In this document: positions 49,691-59,692 of the stretch, piece by piece
Layout: every line of letters begins with the position of its first letter
Position numbering within the stretch: the first letter of the stretch is position 1
Source: an uncultured Methanolobus sp.
GTDB lineage: Archaea > Halobacteriota > Methanosarcinia > Methanosarcinales > Methanosarcinaceae
Length of the DNA stretch: 64,000 bases
Assembly: GCA_963675495.1 (NCBI GenBank)
Contig: OY776215.1
Span: 2,016,001-2,080,000 of the forward strand
Direction: 5' to 3'
Made by a program: the position numbers and the translations under genes
The notes under the pieces: model-generated
What the model was told of the DNA's origin: nothing
Databases searched by the model: none
The model's input: only the letters and a program-made list of their open reading frames with translations

Positions 49691-50344
49691 TCATACATAG
49701 CCAACAAGATGGTTAGTGTAGACCATCCATAGGCCAACAACTATCAGTATTATTCCTGCCACTTTTTTAAGTTCAATGTCAAACTCTGATAGTCTGCCAA
49801 GCCTGTTCCCGGACAGTTTTGCTGAATAGGCAATGATGGTCATTGGGACAGCAAAGCCCATGGAATATATGAATAGAAGTGTAGTGCCGTATAGTACATC
49901 ACTTTCAAGCGCTACCAATGTGAGTATGGAAGCAAGGATCGGTCCGACACATGGGATCCATACAATTCCAAGAGAAATGCCTATTGCAAGCCCGCCGAAA
50001 AGTCCTTTTCCTTCAGTGTGGATCCTCCCGGTGTATTGTGAAAGAAAAGAGAGTGTGTCCTTTTCCATTAGCATTGAAAGTCCCATAAAGATTATTATGA
50101 GTTCAGCCAGTATTCTAAGCTCATTGAGATGGGGAAGTAAATATTCTCCAAAGGCAGCTGCAGCAATGCCCATGGTCGTGAATGATATTGTAAGCCCTGT
50201 GATGATTGCAATGGGTCGGAGCTTGCTTTCTCCGGTAGAATAAGCCAGGATGATCGGAAGTAGTGGGAGCACACATGGGGAGAGCACACTCAAGATCCCT
50301 GCAAAAAAAGCGGCAATTGGTGTGAGTGAAGTAGCTTCCAGCAT
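49691..50344 (-). CDS. ccdA: CcdA/DsbD-family thiol-redox transporter
   Basis: SPCVLPLLP and WIPCVGPIL. Confidence 0.92.
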   Translation of the reverse strand: MLEATSLTPIAAFFAGILSVLSPCVLPLLPIILAYSTGESKLRPIAIITGLTISFTTMGIAAAAFGEYLLPHLNELRILAELIIIFMGLSMLMEKDTLSFLSQYTGRIHTEGKGLFGGLAIGISLGIVWIPCVGPILASILTLVALESDVLYGTTLLFIYSMGFAVPMTIIAYSAKLSGNRLGRLSEFDIELKKVAGIILIVVGLWMVYTNHLVGYV

Positions 50345-50361
50345 ATTTGTCCACTGCTTAA

Positions 50362-50832
50362 TTATTGCCTGTACTCGATTGCTGCATCAAGTACACCACT
50401 TAGTGTTTTTTTGGTGGTCAGGCCTATAAATCTTGCTTTATTTCTATCTGTAGTTGCCTGTCCGTTCGCTCCCATATAAATGTAACCGTTGTCACTTCTT
50501 TCAGCAATAACAAATGAGTCAGGAATGGAATAGATGTTGAAACTAGCTGCAATAGCTCCTGTTTTCTTTGTATTTATATACATGACCGCAGCTGTGCCTT
50601 CATAATCATTTGCGATGTCTGCAATAATGGGTTTCAAGGCAATACATGCGGGGCAGGTATCCGAACCAATCTCTACCAGAACCGGGCCTTCTACGAGTGC
50701 ATCGTTCAATTGCTGGATATTGGCAACAGTGATAATTGCACTATCTTCTGCAGCTTTATTGTCTCCTATGAGCCCTACAATAATAAAAAGTACTGCGATG
50801 ATCGCTACTGCAGGCAGGATTATTTTATTCAT
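50362..50832 (-). CDS. Membrane-anchored thioredoxin-like protein
   Basis: N-terminal TM helix, CPAC, SIP; upstream of ccdA. Confidence 0.88.
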   Translation of the reverse strand: MNKIILPAVAIIAVLFIIVGLIGDNKAAEDSAIITVANIQQLNDALVEGPVLVEIGSDTCPACIALKPIIADIANDYEGTAAVMYINTKKTGAIAASFNIYSIPDSFVIAERSDNGYIYMGANGQATTDRNKARFIGLTTKKTLSGVLDAAIEYRQ

Positions 50833-50935
50833 GCTATTCTCATTGTTCGTCTACTATAAAACAATATTGTTTTGTGTTTGTGTGTTATGTTGGGACTTAC
50901 ATACAAAACTGTGCGTCATAAAATTAATTAATCTG

Positions 50936-51616
50936 TTATTTTTGAAGAACTTTCCATTTAAGCAAAATTCCTTCTTCTATTTTTTCAGCATCCATTAGCT
51001 CAAGTTTTAAAAGCTCGTTTTCCGGGAATCCTACCCCATCAACAAAAGTTGGAGAGTTTTGTCCTCCGATTATCACGTTTCCCACGAATGTGTATATTTC
51101 ATCAACAAGGCCATTGGAAAGCATTCCCCAGTTAAGTGTCGCTCCACCTTCTACCATTAATCGCTTGATGCCATGTTCTTTAAGTTTTTGCATGGCTTCA
51201 AAAAGGTGTACTTTTTCCTTTCCGGCTACAATTATCTCTGCCTTCTCTTTAAGTTCAGTTATTTTAGCTTGTGGGGCAGATTCCGAAACGATTATGATTC
51301 GTTTGCCTTTTCCTTTTTTGAAAATATCAGCATCAATGGGTGTTCTTGCATTGCTGTCTACAATAATTCTCACAGGATTTTCATCAAGACCTGTTTTTAT
51401 TCTTTTCTCCTGAAGTTCGGAAGATTTTACAGTCAGGCTTGGGTCATCTGTAAGAACCGTCCCAATACCTACCATGATGGCATCAGACCCAGCCCGCAGT
51501 TGATCCATGCGGTTAAAATCAATGTTGCCGGATATTTTAACCTGTTTTCTTTCCTTTGTGGAAATCTTGCCGTCAGCAGACATTGCTGAATTTATGAATA
51601 TGAATGGGCGTTCCAT
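50936..51616 (-). CDS. arfC: 2,5-diamino-6-ribosylamino-4(3H)-pyrimidinone 5'-phosphate reductase (archaeal riboflavin pathway)
   Basis: AMSADGKI, VGIGTVL.DDPSL, LMVEGG; no deaminase domain. Confidence 0.9.
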   Translation of the reverse strand: MERPFIFINSAMSADGKISTKERKQVKISGNIDFNRMDQLRAGSDAIMVGIGTVLTDDPSLTVKSSELQEKRIKTGLDENPVRIIVDSNARTPIDADIFKKGKGKRIIIVSESAPQAKITELKEKAEIIVAGKEKVHLFEAMQKLKEHGIKRLMVEGGATLNWGMLSNGLVDEIYTFVGNVIIGGQNSPTFVDGVGFPENELLKLELMDAEKIEEGILLKWKVLQK

Positions 51617-51675
51617 AAGAATCACTGAAATAAAAAAGAATTGTGGGTAATTAATACCCAAAAATAAATAATGCT

Positions 51676-52530
51676 TTAATTCAATTCTGCAATAGCCTGC
51701 ATGATATTACGATCACGCAGAAGTCCAAGGAATCTCTGGTTAGCATTGACAATTGGTATCTGGTCTATCTTGTTTCTCTTCATCTTCAATGCGCATTCGC
51801 TGACGCCTGATATATAGGCGGCTTTCACAATATCTGCGATCATTATGTCCTTTACAGGTATGTTAGGTACCTTTACTCTTGAAACACTGTAATAAATGCT
51901 CATGGTATCTCTCATGGATTCCCATGTCCATTCATCATCATCTGAACCATTGGACATATCAGACATTTCTACAGAATCTTCAATTACACTGGCATTTATG
52001 ATGTCTCTATCAGTAATTATGCCTACTACTTCAAGGTTACTGTCTATAACAGGAGCTGCCTTTGATTTTGCAAGTTCCATTATTCTGGCTGCAACATTTA
52101 ATGGTGTATCTGTCCACACTGGAACTACAGTTCGATTGAGGTATTGCCCAACATGATCATCAATGCCCATCTCTGCAATAGCTGCAACAATATCTGCGAC
52201 AGAAACGATTCCAAGTAATTTATCATCCTTCACTACAGGAAGTCTTCTGATATCGTTGTCCAAAAGGATCTTTGATGCAGTTGTTATATCTGAATCAGGG
52301 TCTATTACTACAGGATCGCGTGTCATTAAAAGTGCTAATTGCTCCTCTTCCGGATTATTTAGAAGATTTGCCCTGCTGACAATTCCCACAATCTTTCCAT
52401 CTTTTAATACAGGTACTCCTGATACTCTTTTATCTTTCAGGAGAGTATGGACTTCGTCCCTTGAGCCTGGAAGAGTTGCATATGCAACGTTTGTCTTCAT
52501 TATCTCTGAGACTTTGATGTTTTTTGGCAT
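51676..52530 (-). CDS. Four-CBS-domain protein
   Basis: SGVPV, RRLPV, AAPV, DQIPI repeats. Confidence 0.9.
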   Translation of the reverse strand: MPKNIKVSEIMKTNVAYATLPGSRDEVHTLLKDKRVSGVPVLKDGKIVGIVSRANLLNNPEEEQLALLMTRDPVVIDPDSDITTASKILLDNDIRRLPVVKDDKLLGIVSVADIVAAIAEMGIDDHVGQYLNRTVVPVWTDTPLNVAARIMELAKSKAAPVIDSNLEVVGIITDRDIINASVIEDSVEMSDMSNGSDDDEWTWESMRDTMSIYYSVSRVKVPNIPVKDIMIADIVKAAYISGVSECALKMKRNKIDQIPIVNANQRFLGLLRDRNIMQAIAELN

Positions 52531-52541
52531 GTTTAAACTCC

Positions 52542-53000
52542 CTACTTTTCCTCATCGGAGTCGCCCCGTACTATAAGTACAGGTACCTTTGAGTTTCTTG
52601 TAACTTTTTCTGCTACGCTACCTAGTAAAAATCTATCTAATCCACTCTTTCCGAGGGTTCCCATTACTATCAGGTCTATATTGTTGTTGTCGGCAAATTC
52701 AATGATCTCATGACTCGGGTTGCCTTCAAGGGTCACCGTTTCAAAAGCAATACCTACTTCTTCTGCCATCTTTTGAACTGATTCGGTTGCAACATTTGCT
52801 TCCTGTTCAAGGAGCTCATACATCATTTCCCAGCCTGAATCCATTGGTATAGAGGCAAAAGCTGCAGTATCGACAACATATCCTGCATATAATTTAGCCC
52901 CACTCAATTTTGCAAGTTCGATACTGTGATGAATTGCTTTTTTGTTTTGTGCGGATCCATCAGTCGCAATAAAAATATTTTTGTACAAAGTACTTGTCAT
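52542..53000 (-). CDS. Universal stress protein
   Basis: [24 protein letters not shown]. Confidence 0.95.
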   Translation of the reverse strand: MTSTLYKNIFIATDGSAQNKKAIHHSIELAKLSGAKLYAGYVVDTAAFASIPMDSGWEMMYELLEQEANVATESVQKMAEEVGIAFETVTLEGNPSHEIIEFADNNNIDLIVMGTLGKSGLDRFLLGSVAEKVTRNSKVPVLIVRGDSDEEK

Positions 53001-53029
53001 TGTCCCTCTCCTTTGTGAATATATCCCTA

Positions 53030-54130
53030 TTATATCATCACAGATAATATATCATCAGGTCGCCCTCTCCTTACAATACCGCTGATAGGGTCCTTTATAC
53101 CTGTGAGGTTATTTGAATTACCATTAATGATCATTATTTTTGCTATATTTCCTTCCTGAATATAGCCGGGTGCTTCCAGTCCCAATATTGTTGCACCCAT
53201 AAGTGTACACATCATAAATACTTGTCTGTCATCTATTCCAAAAATTTTCGATAAAAGCTCCATTTCAGAAAACATATTGACTGAATTCAGCATTACGTTG
53301 TCGGTTCCGACTGCAACTTTTATCCCCATATCCAGCATTTTTACAATAGGTGCCATCCCTACTCCGGTTATAAAGTTCGATCTTGGACAAACTACAATAG
53401 GTATGTCCATATCAGCAACTTCTTGAAGGTCTTTTTGGGTTGCTTGTGTCATATGTATCAGGATATCCGGGTCAAGAGATAATGCTTTGTCTATATCACT
53501 TCGACTGCTTTCACCTGCATGTACTGCAAAGGTTTTGTCCATCTTTAGAGAATAATGCCTTGCAGTTTTCAGGAGTTCCATTTCTATGTCATTTGTACCA
53601 CTCATACCAAGTCCGTCTGCGTTGTCAAGCAGCTCTTCAAGCTCTCTTGATATTTGTTTTTCTCCGGTATTGTTCGCTGGTCTTCCAAAGATCCTGGCAA
53701 GCACATCTGATGATTCTAGTGCTTCTTTTAGTGCAAGCACTCCTTTTGTGCCACTTTCCCTGAAGTCTGCAAATGCATATGTGCCGGTGTCGTTCATGTC
53801 CTGGATGGAGTTCCTCATCGCATCCACGATTTTCCAGTGTGGTGTTCTGTTCAATATCCGATGCTTCAGTCCGTGTGGTGGTTGAACCAGTTGGCTAAGG
53901 TCTCTTTCGACGTAATGTCCATGCAAATTTCCAAGTATGGGGTCTTTACAGACCGAATCTCCAATGTGGGTATGTGCGTTAACAAAACAGGGTGCAATGA
54001 TATTTCCAGAAGCATTCTTTTTTTCGTGAACTTCCTTGATGATACCATCCTCTATTACGATATAACCTTCAATGACCTTTGCTTCAGGTCCGTATATTAT
54101 TTTACCGTGTATCGTCTGTTCGCATGGCAT
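53030..54130 (-). CDS. Amidohydrolase/deaminase-family protein
   Basis: NAHTHIGD, HAGE, CPRSN, GTDN. Confidence 0.9.
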   Translation of the reverse strand: MPCEQTIHGKIIYGPEAKVIEGYIVIEDGIIKEVHEKKNASGNIIAPCFVNAHTHIGDSVCKDPILGNLHGHYVERDLSQLVQPPHGLKHRILNRTPHWKIVDAMRNSIQDMNDTGTYAFADFRESGTKGVLALKEALESSDVLARIFGRPANNTGEKQISRELEELLDNADGLGMSGTNDIEMELLKTARHYSLKMDKTFAVHAGESSRSDIDKALSLDPDILIHMTQATQKDLQEVADMDIPIVVCPRSNFITGVGMAPIVKMLDMGIKVAVGTDNVMLNSVNMFSEMELLSKIFGIDDRQVFMMCTLMGATILGLEAPGYIQEGNIAKIMIINGNSNNLTGIKDPISGIVRRGRPDDILSVMI

Positions 54131-54286
54131 GGCTACTTCTTTATGGACTTTATTGTTTATAAGCATTTTAAAAGAGATCCGGGCCTTGATCCGACAACAG
54201 AATTGAGAATGTCTGCAATACTCAAATAGATAAGTTTATATGAATTAATTAAAGGCCAGTAGAAAAAAATAAAACATGTGTTGCAA

Positions 54287-54743
54287 ATGTGTAAAAGGAT
54301 TGTAATTGTATTGCTATTCGTTTTTTTTAGCGACGTTAAGTCCTGTGTGTGCAGTATCCAATGCATATGACCATATTGTTCCTTTATTGGATTACATTCC
54401 TATTTGTATTAGTGATGATATCTCTCACTTTATTGCCGTTCATCTAACAGATGATGAAGAGTATCAATCAACGCTTGAAATAATTCTAATGCTGATGTTT
54501 TATGTGGTGATTATTGCGGTATTTGCTGTGGGAGTATTGCATGAAGGCAATAAGAAAAAAGGTTCATCTAATCCAAATCCTGCTCTAGTGGAAGTTTATA
54601 AGGAAACAACTCTGAAACAGTTACTTGCCTTTTCTTCTACAGGCGGAAATAAGTTGAGAGTATCAAAAGTAATTCTGCAACAAAACCTGAAAATATGGGA
54701 ATTGCAAGATTGTCATCTATTTTTTCAAAGCTTGTTTCTATAA
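54287..54743 (+). pseudogene. Possible frameshifted small membrane protein
   Basis: Signal-like MCKRIVIVLLFVF joins the downstream frame only if the T8 run at 54321-54328 is T7. Confidence 0.35.
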
Positions 54744-55227
54744 GGGTGGCAACAAACGCCATGATAAGTGCAATGCTCCAGTTTGAAATGAAAGCATAGC
54801 CAATAATAATGTCCACGATGAACTCGGCAACACATCCTTCAAGGGATTTTTCACCCCTGAATATCCTTGTCCTGCCAAATTTCTTACCAATAAGTGCTGC
54901 GCTCATGTCTCCGAAAGTGGCCATCAGGATAGCAGCATAGGCAACGTGCTCACTGAAGGCGGAGACTGCAACTATGGCACCAAGTGTGAAATAAACATGT
55001 CCTGCAATTGATGTTTCTTCTTTTCGGCGCAGCAGATAATGTATGAAAGGTAGTCTGAAGCCATGGTCCAGTCTCATGTGTTCGATGAGGAGTACAAGAA
55101 TAAGGTAGACGGTCATGAAATACAGAACTATCTGTTTTCCGAAAAAGGCATAGACAAGAACAATAGCAACTGATGCCAGATGGAGGCCTTTGCGTAAGAT
55201 CTCATCAAAAAATGAACTAGGTGCCAT
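54637..55227 (-). CDS. Polyprenol/diacylglycerol kinase family (SEC59-like) membrane protein
   Basis: EILRKGLH, GD.SAALIG..FG, KSLEG, DDNLAIP. Confidence 0.9.
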   Translation of the reverse strand: MAPSSFFDEILRKGLHLASVAIVLVYAFFGKQIVLYFMTVYLILVLLIEHMRLDHGFRLPFIHYLLRRKEETSIAGHVYFTLGAIVAVSAFSEHVAYAAILMATFGDMSAALIGKKFGRTRIFRGEKSLEGCVAEFIVDIIIGYAFISNWSIALIMAFVATLIETSFEKIDDNLAIPIFSGFVAELLLILSTYFRL

Positions 55228-55489
55228 TTGTTCTTATTTCATTTTTTTCATATATAAAAGAGTTCAATGTTATGGGGACAAACGAGCAGTGATGCCATAA
55301 TATTTTGAATCAAGATTGGATAAATGTGTTTTTCACAATATTTTGAGATGGTCATTTCATTATACCAAACTCACATCTTGTACACTGCAGTAACTATTAA
55401 GTATATTTAGCTACACTTTCTATTTGGAGGTATACGATTAATTCCCAGTCTTAAAAATAGTGGGCAATATCTATCAAGGGAGCTAAAAA

Positions 55490-56143
55490 ATGAAAGTAAT
55501 AGGAATATCAGGATCGCCGATCCCAAACAGCAACACCGACAGAGCATTGAAGGCAGCACTTGAGGCAACGGGTATGGATACCGGATTTATCAAACTCAGC
55601 AAGCACAATGTCAAACCATGTCTGGCATGCCTGAAATGCGTTGACAAGAACGTATGTATTATTGGTGATGACGGTAACATAATTGCAGAGAAAGTAAAGG
55701 ATGCAGATGCACTTATTGTTGCAGTCTACACTCCTTACTCATCTGTAGATGCCAGGACAAAAACTATTCTTGAACGCCTTTATTGCCTGAGACATAAGTA
55801 TGGCTACATGCAGGGAAAACCCGGAGGAATCATTGTAACATCTGCAGTGCTATGTATGCCTGAAGCACCACCAGTTGCAGAGTGTGTAGTCAATTCTATT
55901 GCTGCATATATGCAGGAAGAAGGTATGCAGATTGTGGGCGATGCCAAGATACTAGGGAATGTACCATGCGTTAGGTGCAAACTCGAAGATAATTGTGAGC
56001 TCAGTGGCGTAAAAATGCTCTACGGACCTGAAGCAACAGTGGATTCCGTAGGAATTAACAGCTTTGAAGATCAGGAAATTCCATTGGAAGCCGCAAAACA
56101 GCTTGGCAGGAATATAGCTGAATCCTTGAACTCAAAGAAGTAA
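55490..56143 (+). CDS. Iron-sulfur flavoprotein/flavodoxin-family protein
   Basis: GSP...SNT, CLACLKCVDKNVC, plus extra C-terminal CVRC..C. Confidence 0.88.
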   Translation: MKVIGISGSPIPNSNTDRALKAALEATGMDTGFIKLSKHNVKPCLACLKCVDKNVCIIGDDGNIIAEKVKDADALIVAVYTPYSSVDARTKTILERLYCLRHKYGYMQGKPGGIIVTSAVLCMPEAPPVAECVVNSIAAYMQEEGMQIVGDAKILGNVPCVRCKLEDNCELSGVKMLYGPEATVDSVGINSFEDQEIPLEAAKQLGRNIAESLNSKK

Positions 56144-56157
56144 TTTCAAGAATCAAT

Positions 56158-56183
56158 AAAACCGTGGCTTAAATCACGGTTTT
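56158..56183 (+). terminator. Terminator-like hairpin
   Basis: aaaaccgtg/cacggtttt about 15 nt after the stop codon. Confidence 0.5.
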
Positions 56184-56298
56184 GATTTCATTCAGATTAT
56201 AATGCATGAGGATATCAACACTTTACTACCTCCAACCACACCCCTCCACCCCAACCACTCCAATTTGATATCCTCATGCAATTTTCTCCATTACATAA
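56183..56298. repeat. Hairpin element copy 1 (16-bp stem, C-rich loop)
   Basis: tgcatgaggatatcaa 56203-56218 / ttgatatcctcatgca 56265-56280; homologous to 58118-58232. Confidence 0.8.
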
Positions 56299-56452
56299 TA
56301 TATATTTTCAATAATCTCAGACGCAATACAATTTATTGCTATTTTTGACATGCGGCTGTGTTCTAGTGACTATAACCGGGAATAACTATTCCGGAATATG
56401 CATGGATATATAAGGGAGCATGGACTAGTGTAGACTCCAAAAACGAAAATGA

Positions 56453-56995
56453 GTGAATGAAATGCTTAAAATAAAAGGACATGAAATTGGTTCAGTGGTT
56501 GTTAAGGGTGCTAGTAACAGAAGAGCCATACAATTTCAAAATAACATTATTACGATTCTAAGAAAGATCGGTGTTAACGAAAATGACATTGATATCCCTC
56601 TTGAGCGCATGGCAATGAAAAAGGCTAAAGCTTCTGCAACCTGGTGGATATCAGATCATCGCATGCATTACAGCCATAGTATGCAAAAGAATTATGTAGA
56701 GAATCTCTACGTCTTATCCAGGGTAATTGAGCTCGAAGCAAACAGGGTTCTTTCAGAGGAAAACACACTATCAGAGTTCATTTCAGAGTTCAAAGAGGAT
56801 AAAGATGTTTTCAATAAACGCCTGGATGCACGAGAATTCTTTGGCTGCGACCACGATGAGACTGATTTTACAGTCATCAATGAAAAGTATAAGATGCTGT
56901 CAAAAGAGTTGCATCCGGACAAACCAACCGGAGACCTCGAGAAATTCAAGCAGCTAAATGTCGCACATAAGATACTGAAGAGAGAGTTGACATAA
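56453..56995 (+). CDS. Protein with C-terminal J-domain
   Basis: YKMLSKELHPDK..GD.EKFKQLN.A..IL. Confidence 0.85.
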   Translation: MNEMLKIKGHEIGSVVVKGASNRRAIQFQNNIITILRKIGVNENDIDIPLERMAMKKAKASATWWISDHRMHYSHSMQKNYVENLYVLSRVIELEANRVLSEENTLSEFISEFKEDKDVFNKRLDAREFFGCDHDETDFTVINEKYKMLSKELHPDKPTGDLEKFKQLNVAHKILKRELT

Positions 56996-57217
56996 CTTTT
57001 TACATTTTTTAAATATTATATTCTAATTTAATTAGTAGCTCTTGATTGTGTGGGCGAATTTTGCTTAAAGCTACATTGCTAAAAGGGTGCAAAATCATTG
57101 TTAGAACTTTGATTTTGGGTACTAGTAATTGCTGAAAAACGCAAAGCAATTAAAATCATACCTATTTATTTTTAATATCTAACAAAAGTAAAAGAATCTA
57201 ACAAAAAAAGCAGATAT

Positions 57218-57245
57218 ATCCATTCAGGTGAGTTCCTGAATGGAT
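57218..57245 (-). terminator. Hairpin followed by a T-tract on the minus strand
   Basis: atccattcagg/cctgaatggat; A7 run just to the left on the plus strand. Confidence 0.45.
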
Positions 57246-57283
57246 TGTTTCAAAGGATGAAATTTAAAGAATAATGGAGGTTC

Positions 57284-57728
57284 AGGAATCATCCTGTTTG
57301 TTCATATCAATTGCTAACAGTTTACTGCTGTCAATCCTGCCATCTGCATTAATGCTGATGGAAAAGGCAATTGCAGAGGAATCATCCGCAATTGGCTGTA
57401 CATAGAATAAAGTTGTATCTTCCATATTAATCCCTCATTTCTTCCAAAGTTGATCTTTTAAGCTTCCTATCCTGAAATATCAGTTAGGTCGGTTATACCC
57501 GTGTCCGGAATATATCCGATAAAGACGTCTTCTTCTGATAGTTCCATCATCATTCACTATCGAAGAAAAAACCATAGCAGGGTCATTCCCTACCTGTGGT
57601 TTGAATAAAACCACGTTGCTCAAAAGAGATCCATGCTTATATGCGTCTGCCATATTCCCAGGTGTATCTGTCATGTTCTTAGTCCCCAAATATTTACGCA
57701 CTATATTCTTTAAGTCAGACCGATGCAT
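57284..57728 (-). pseudogene. Degraded gene with two similar segments
   Basis: AMVFSSIVNDDGTI and AIAFSISINADGRI lie in different frames with an internal TAA. Confidence 0.4.
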
Positions 57729-58117
57729 GCCAGCAAATGGAAATTATTAATTGAGAAAACCAATCGGTCCCCACCTGCAACTCCCACGCATTGACCTTGC
57801 TAATATGTTAACCCTTTTACTATAAATAATATTCTTATGGATAATGTATGTATTCTTTAAAACTAACAATGATTGTTCAGTTATTGAAAGCTTGAATATT
57901 CACAAAGAGGCTAATACACTCGGCAAACACTTTGCGTCCAGAAGCATGAAATTGCTCAATTTCATCCTCATTAAAAACCCCGCTTCTAAATATTCGGAGA
58001 AGGTTATCCGATTATACAAGTTTTGTATTTTGTACATTCCAGTGACGATTAAGTATATCTAGCTATGTGTCTAATGTGAGGTTATGGGATGCATTCCCAG
58101 GATGAAAAACACTACTG

Positions 58118-58232
58118 TGATTTCATTCATACGATTAGCATGAGGATATCAAAATTTTACCACCCCCCACAATCCACCCCCATCAACCCCACTCCTATTT
58201 GGTATCCTCGTGCGACTGTTTTCATTACATAA
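58118..58232. repeat. Hairpin element copy 2
   Basis: gcatgaggatatcaaa 58138-58153 / tttggtatcctcgtgc 58198-58213; shares flanks tgatttcattca and cattacata with copy 1. Confidence 0.8.
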
Positions 58233-58393
58233 AGATTCTTCAGGGCCAAGCATCAAAACCTGAGTTTGGTAGTTTAAATAATTTCATGCAAACTACTGCG
58301 ATATTACTCGTTTTTGCTTATGAGATCATAAATAGAACCCGCAAATGATGACGAAAAAAGAAAGGAATACTATTTTTGTGAGCATTCCAATGC

Positions 58394-59164
58394 TCAAAAT
58401 GTATCCTGATTGAAATAGTCAAAGGTTGTTGAGACTGAACTGACTATTACTTCTGAATTATTCCTGATGACATACTCGCTCAGCCCGACATCACTGTTCG
58501 GATTTCCCCAGTCGTATGTATATCCCAGTCTGCTCCACGGGTACTCGTCATAGGTGGAACTGTTAAGGGAATTGAACCATCCGGCATGTTCCGGTGCGAC
58601 ATTCTCATGAAAATCAAGTTGAGCCTGTGTGTCTGTAATCTCAGGATCAGGACTTGGTCTGAAAAGGTCATCCGGTCTGACCCACATTTCCACAAAATAC
58701 TCGTTCCCGTCATCATAAGGAAGACCTATGAGTTGCTCCAGCCGGAGTGTTAGCTCATCATCCTGGATGTCGTTTTGCTCAAAAAATCCTTTCAATTCAG
58801 GAATGACCATCACCCATGTGTCTCCCCACCATGTAAACACCTTTGAGTTGACAGGGTAGCTTTCAGGATATTTTGTCCATGTGACAACAAGGACATAATC
58901 ATTTCCTGAATCTTCCATCCATTGAAGTTCAGTATTAGATTCGATTATCGGTGACAGTCCTGTATATATCTCGTCCTCTTCGGCTACAATTGTGTCTTCT
59001 ATTGCAGCCATGTACATTTGTTCAAGGTCTGTCACTTCAGCATACAGGTTTGATTTGAAAAGTTCTCCTGTGTTTGGAACCTGTTGCTGCTGCTCTTCGA
59101 CACATCCAGCAGAAAAACCTGCTATAAATAAAATGATTAGAATAAACGTTGTTGTTAATCTCAT
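58394..59164 (-). CDS. Putative lipoprotein of unknown function
   Basis: Signal with SAGC lipobox-like motif; RLEQLIGLP, PDDLFRP, YPWSRLGYTYDW. Confidence 0.8.
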   Translation of the reverse strand: MRLTTTFILIILFIAGFSAGCVEEQQQQVPNTGELFKSNLYAEVTDLEQMYMAAIEDTIVAEEDEIYTGLSPIIESNTELQWMEDSGNDYVLVVTWTKYPESYPVNSKVFTWWGDTWVMVIPELKGFFEQNDIQDDELTLRLEQLIGLPYDDGNEYFVEMWVRPDDLFRPSPDPEITDTQAQLDFHENVAPEHAGWFNSLNSSTYDEYPWSRLGYTYDWGNPNSDVGLSEYVIRNNSEVIVSSVSTTFDYFNQDTF

Positions 59165-59396
59165 AGCGTATCTCCTATTTCGCTGTTCAGTATTTGTTTT
59201 GCAGAAATAGATCTCAAATATTTATGCACTAGTATAATATATTATTATTTATTATACGACTTGCCAAAAATCTCTTATTTATCTGCCAGTCAGAGCATTT
59301 CTGCAATGCAACTATCTGATATGCTCACACACTACTCCAATCACCACAAAATCTATAATCTCAAACGTAATACTACATATTATATTTTTTTAATGT

Positions 59397-59467
59397 GCGA
59401 CTGTGGTTTAGTGGTATGACCGTGGCTTCCCAAGCCATGAACCCGGGTTCGAGTCCCGGCAGTCGCA
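59397..59467 (+). tRNA. tRNA-Gly(CCC)
   Basis: GCGACTG/CAGTCGC acceptor, GTGGC-TTCCCAA-GCCAT, CCGGG-TTCGAGT-CCCGG. Confidence 0.96.
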
Positions 59468-59692
59468 TGCTCTATCGGATGCTGCTGTTTCTTGTATGAG
59501 TGAGAGCTGTTTTTCTACTGCTTTGAGTCTTGATTCTAGAGTGCTTAGTGGTTCAGAGTTTAAACTATCATGGTCTATGACTACTAAAAAGTTTGAATTA
59601 ATTCCTACTAAATACATAGGGAAATTAATTTATTTATTAGGTCAATAAACAGTATGAATATAAACGGCTAATCATTTGAGGAATGGTGCAAA

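Noticed and set aside
59408-59467. ORF portion CDCRDSNPGSWLGKPRSYH
   Set aside because: Antisense translation of tRNA-Gly
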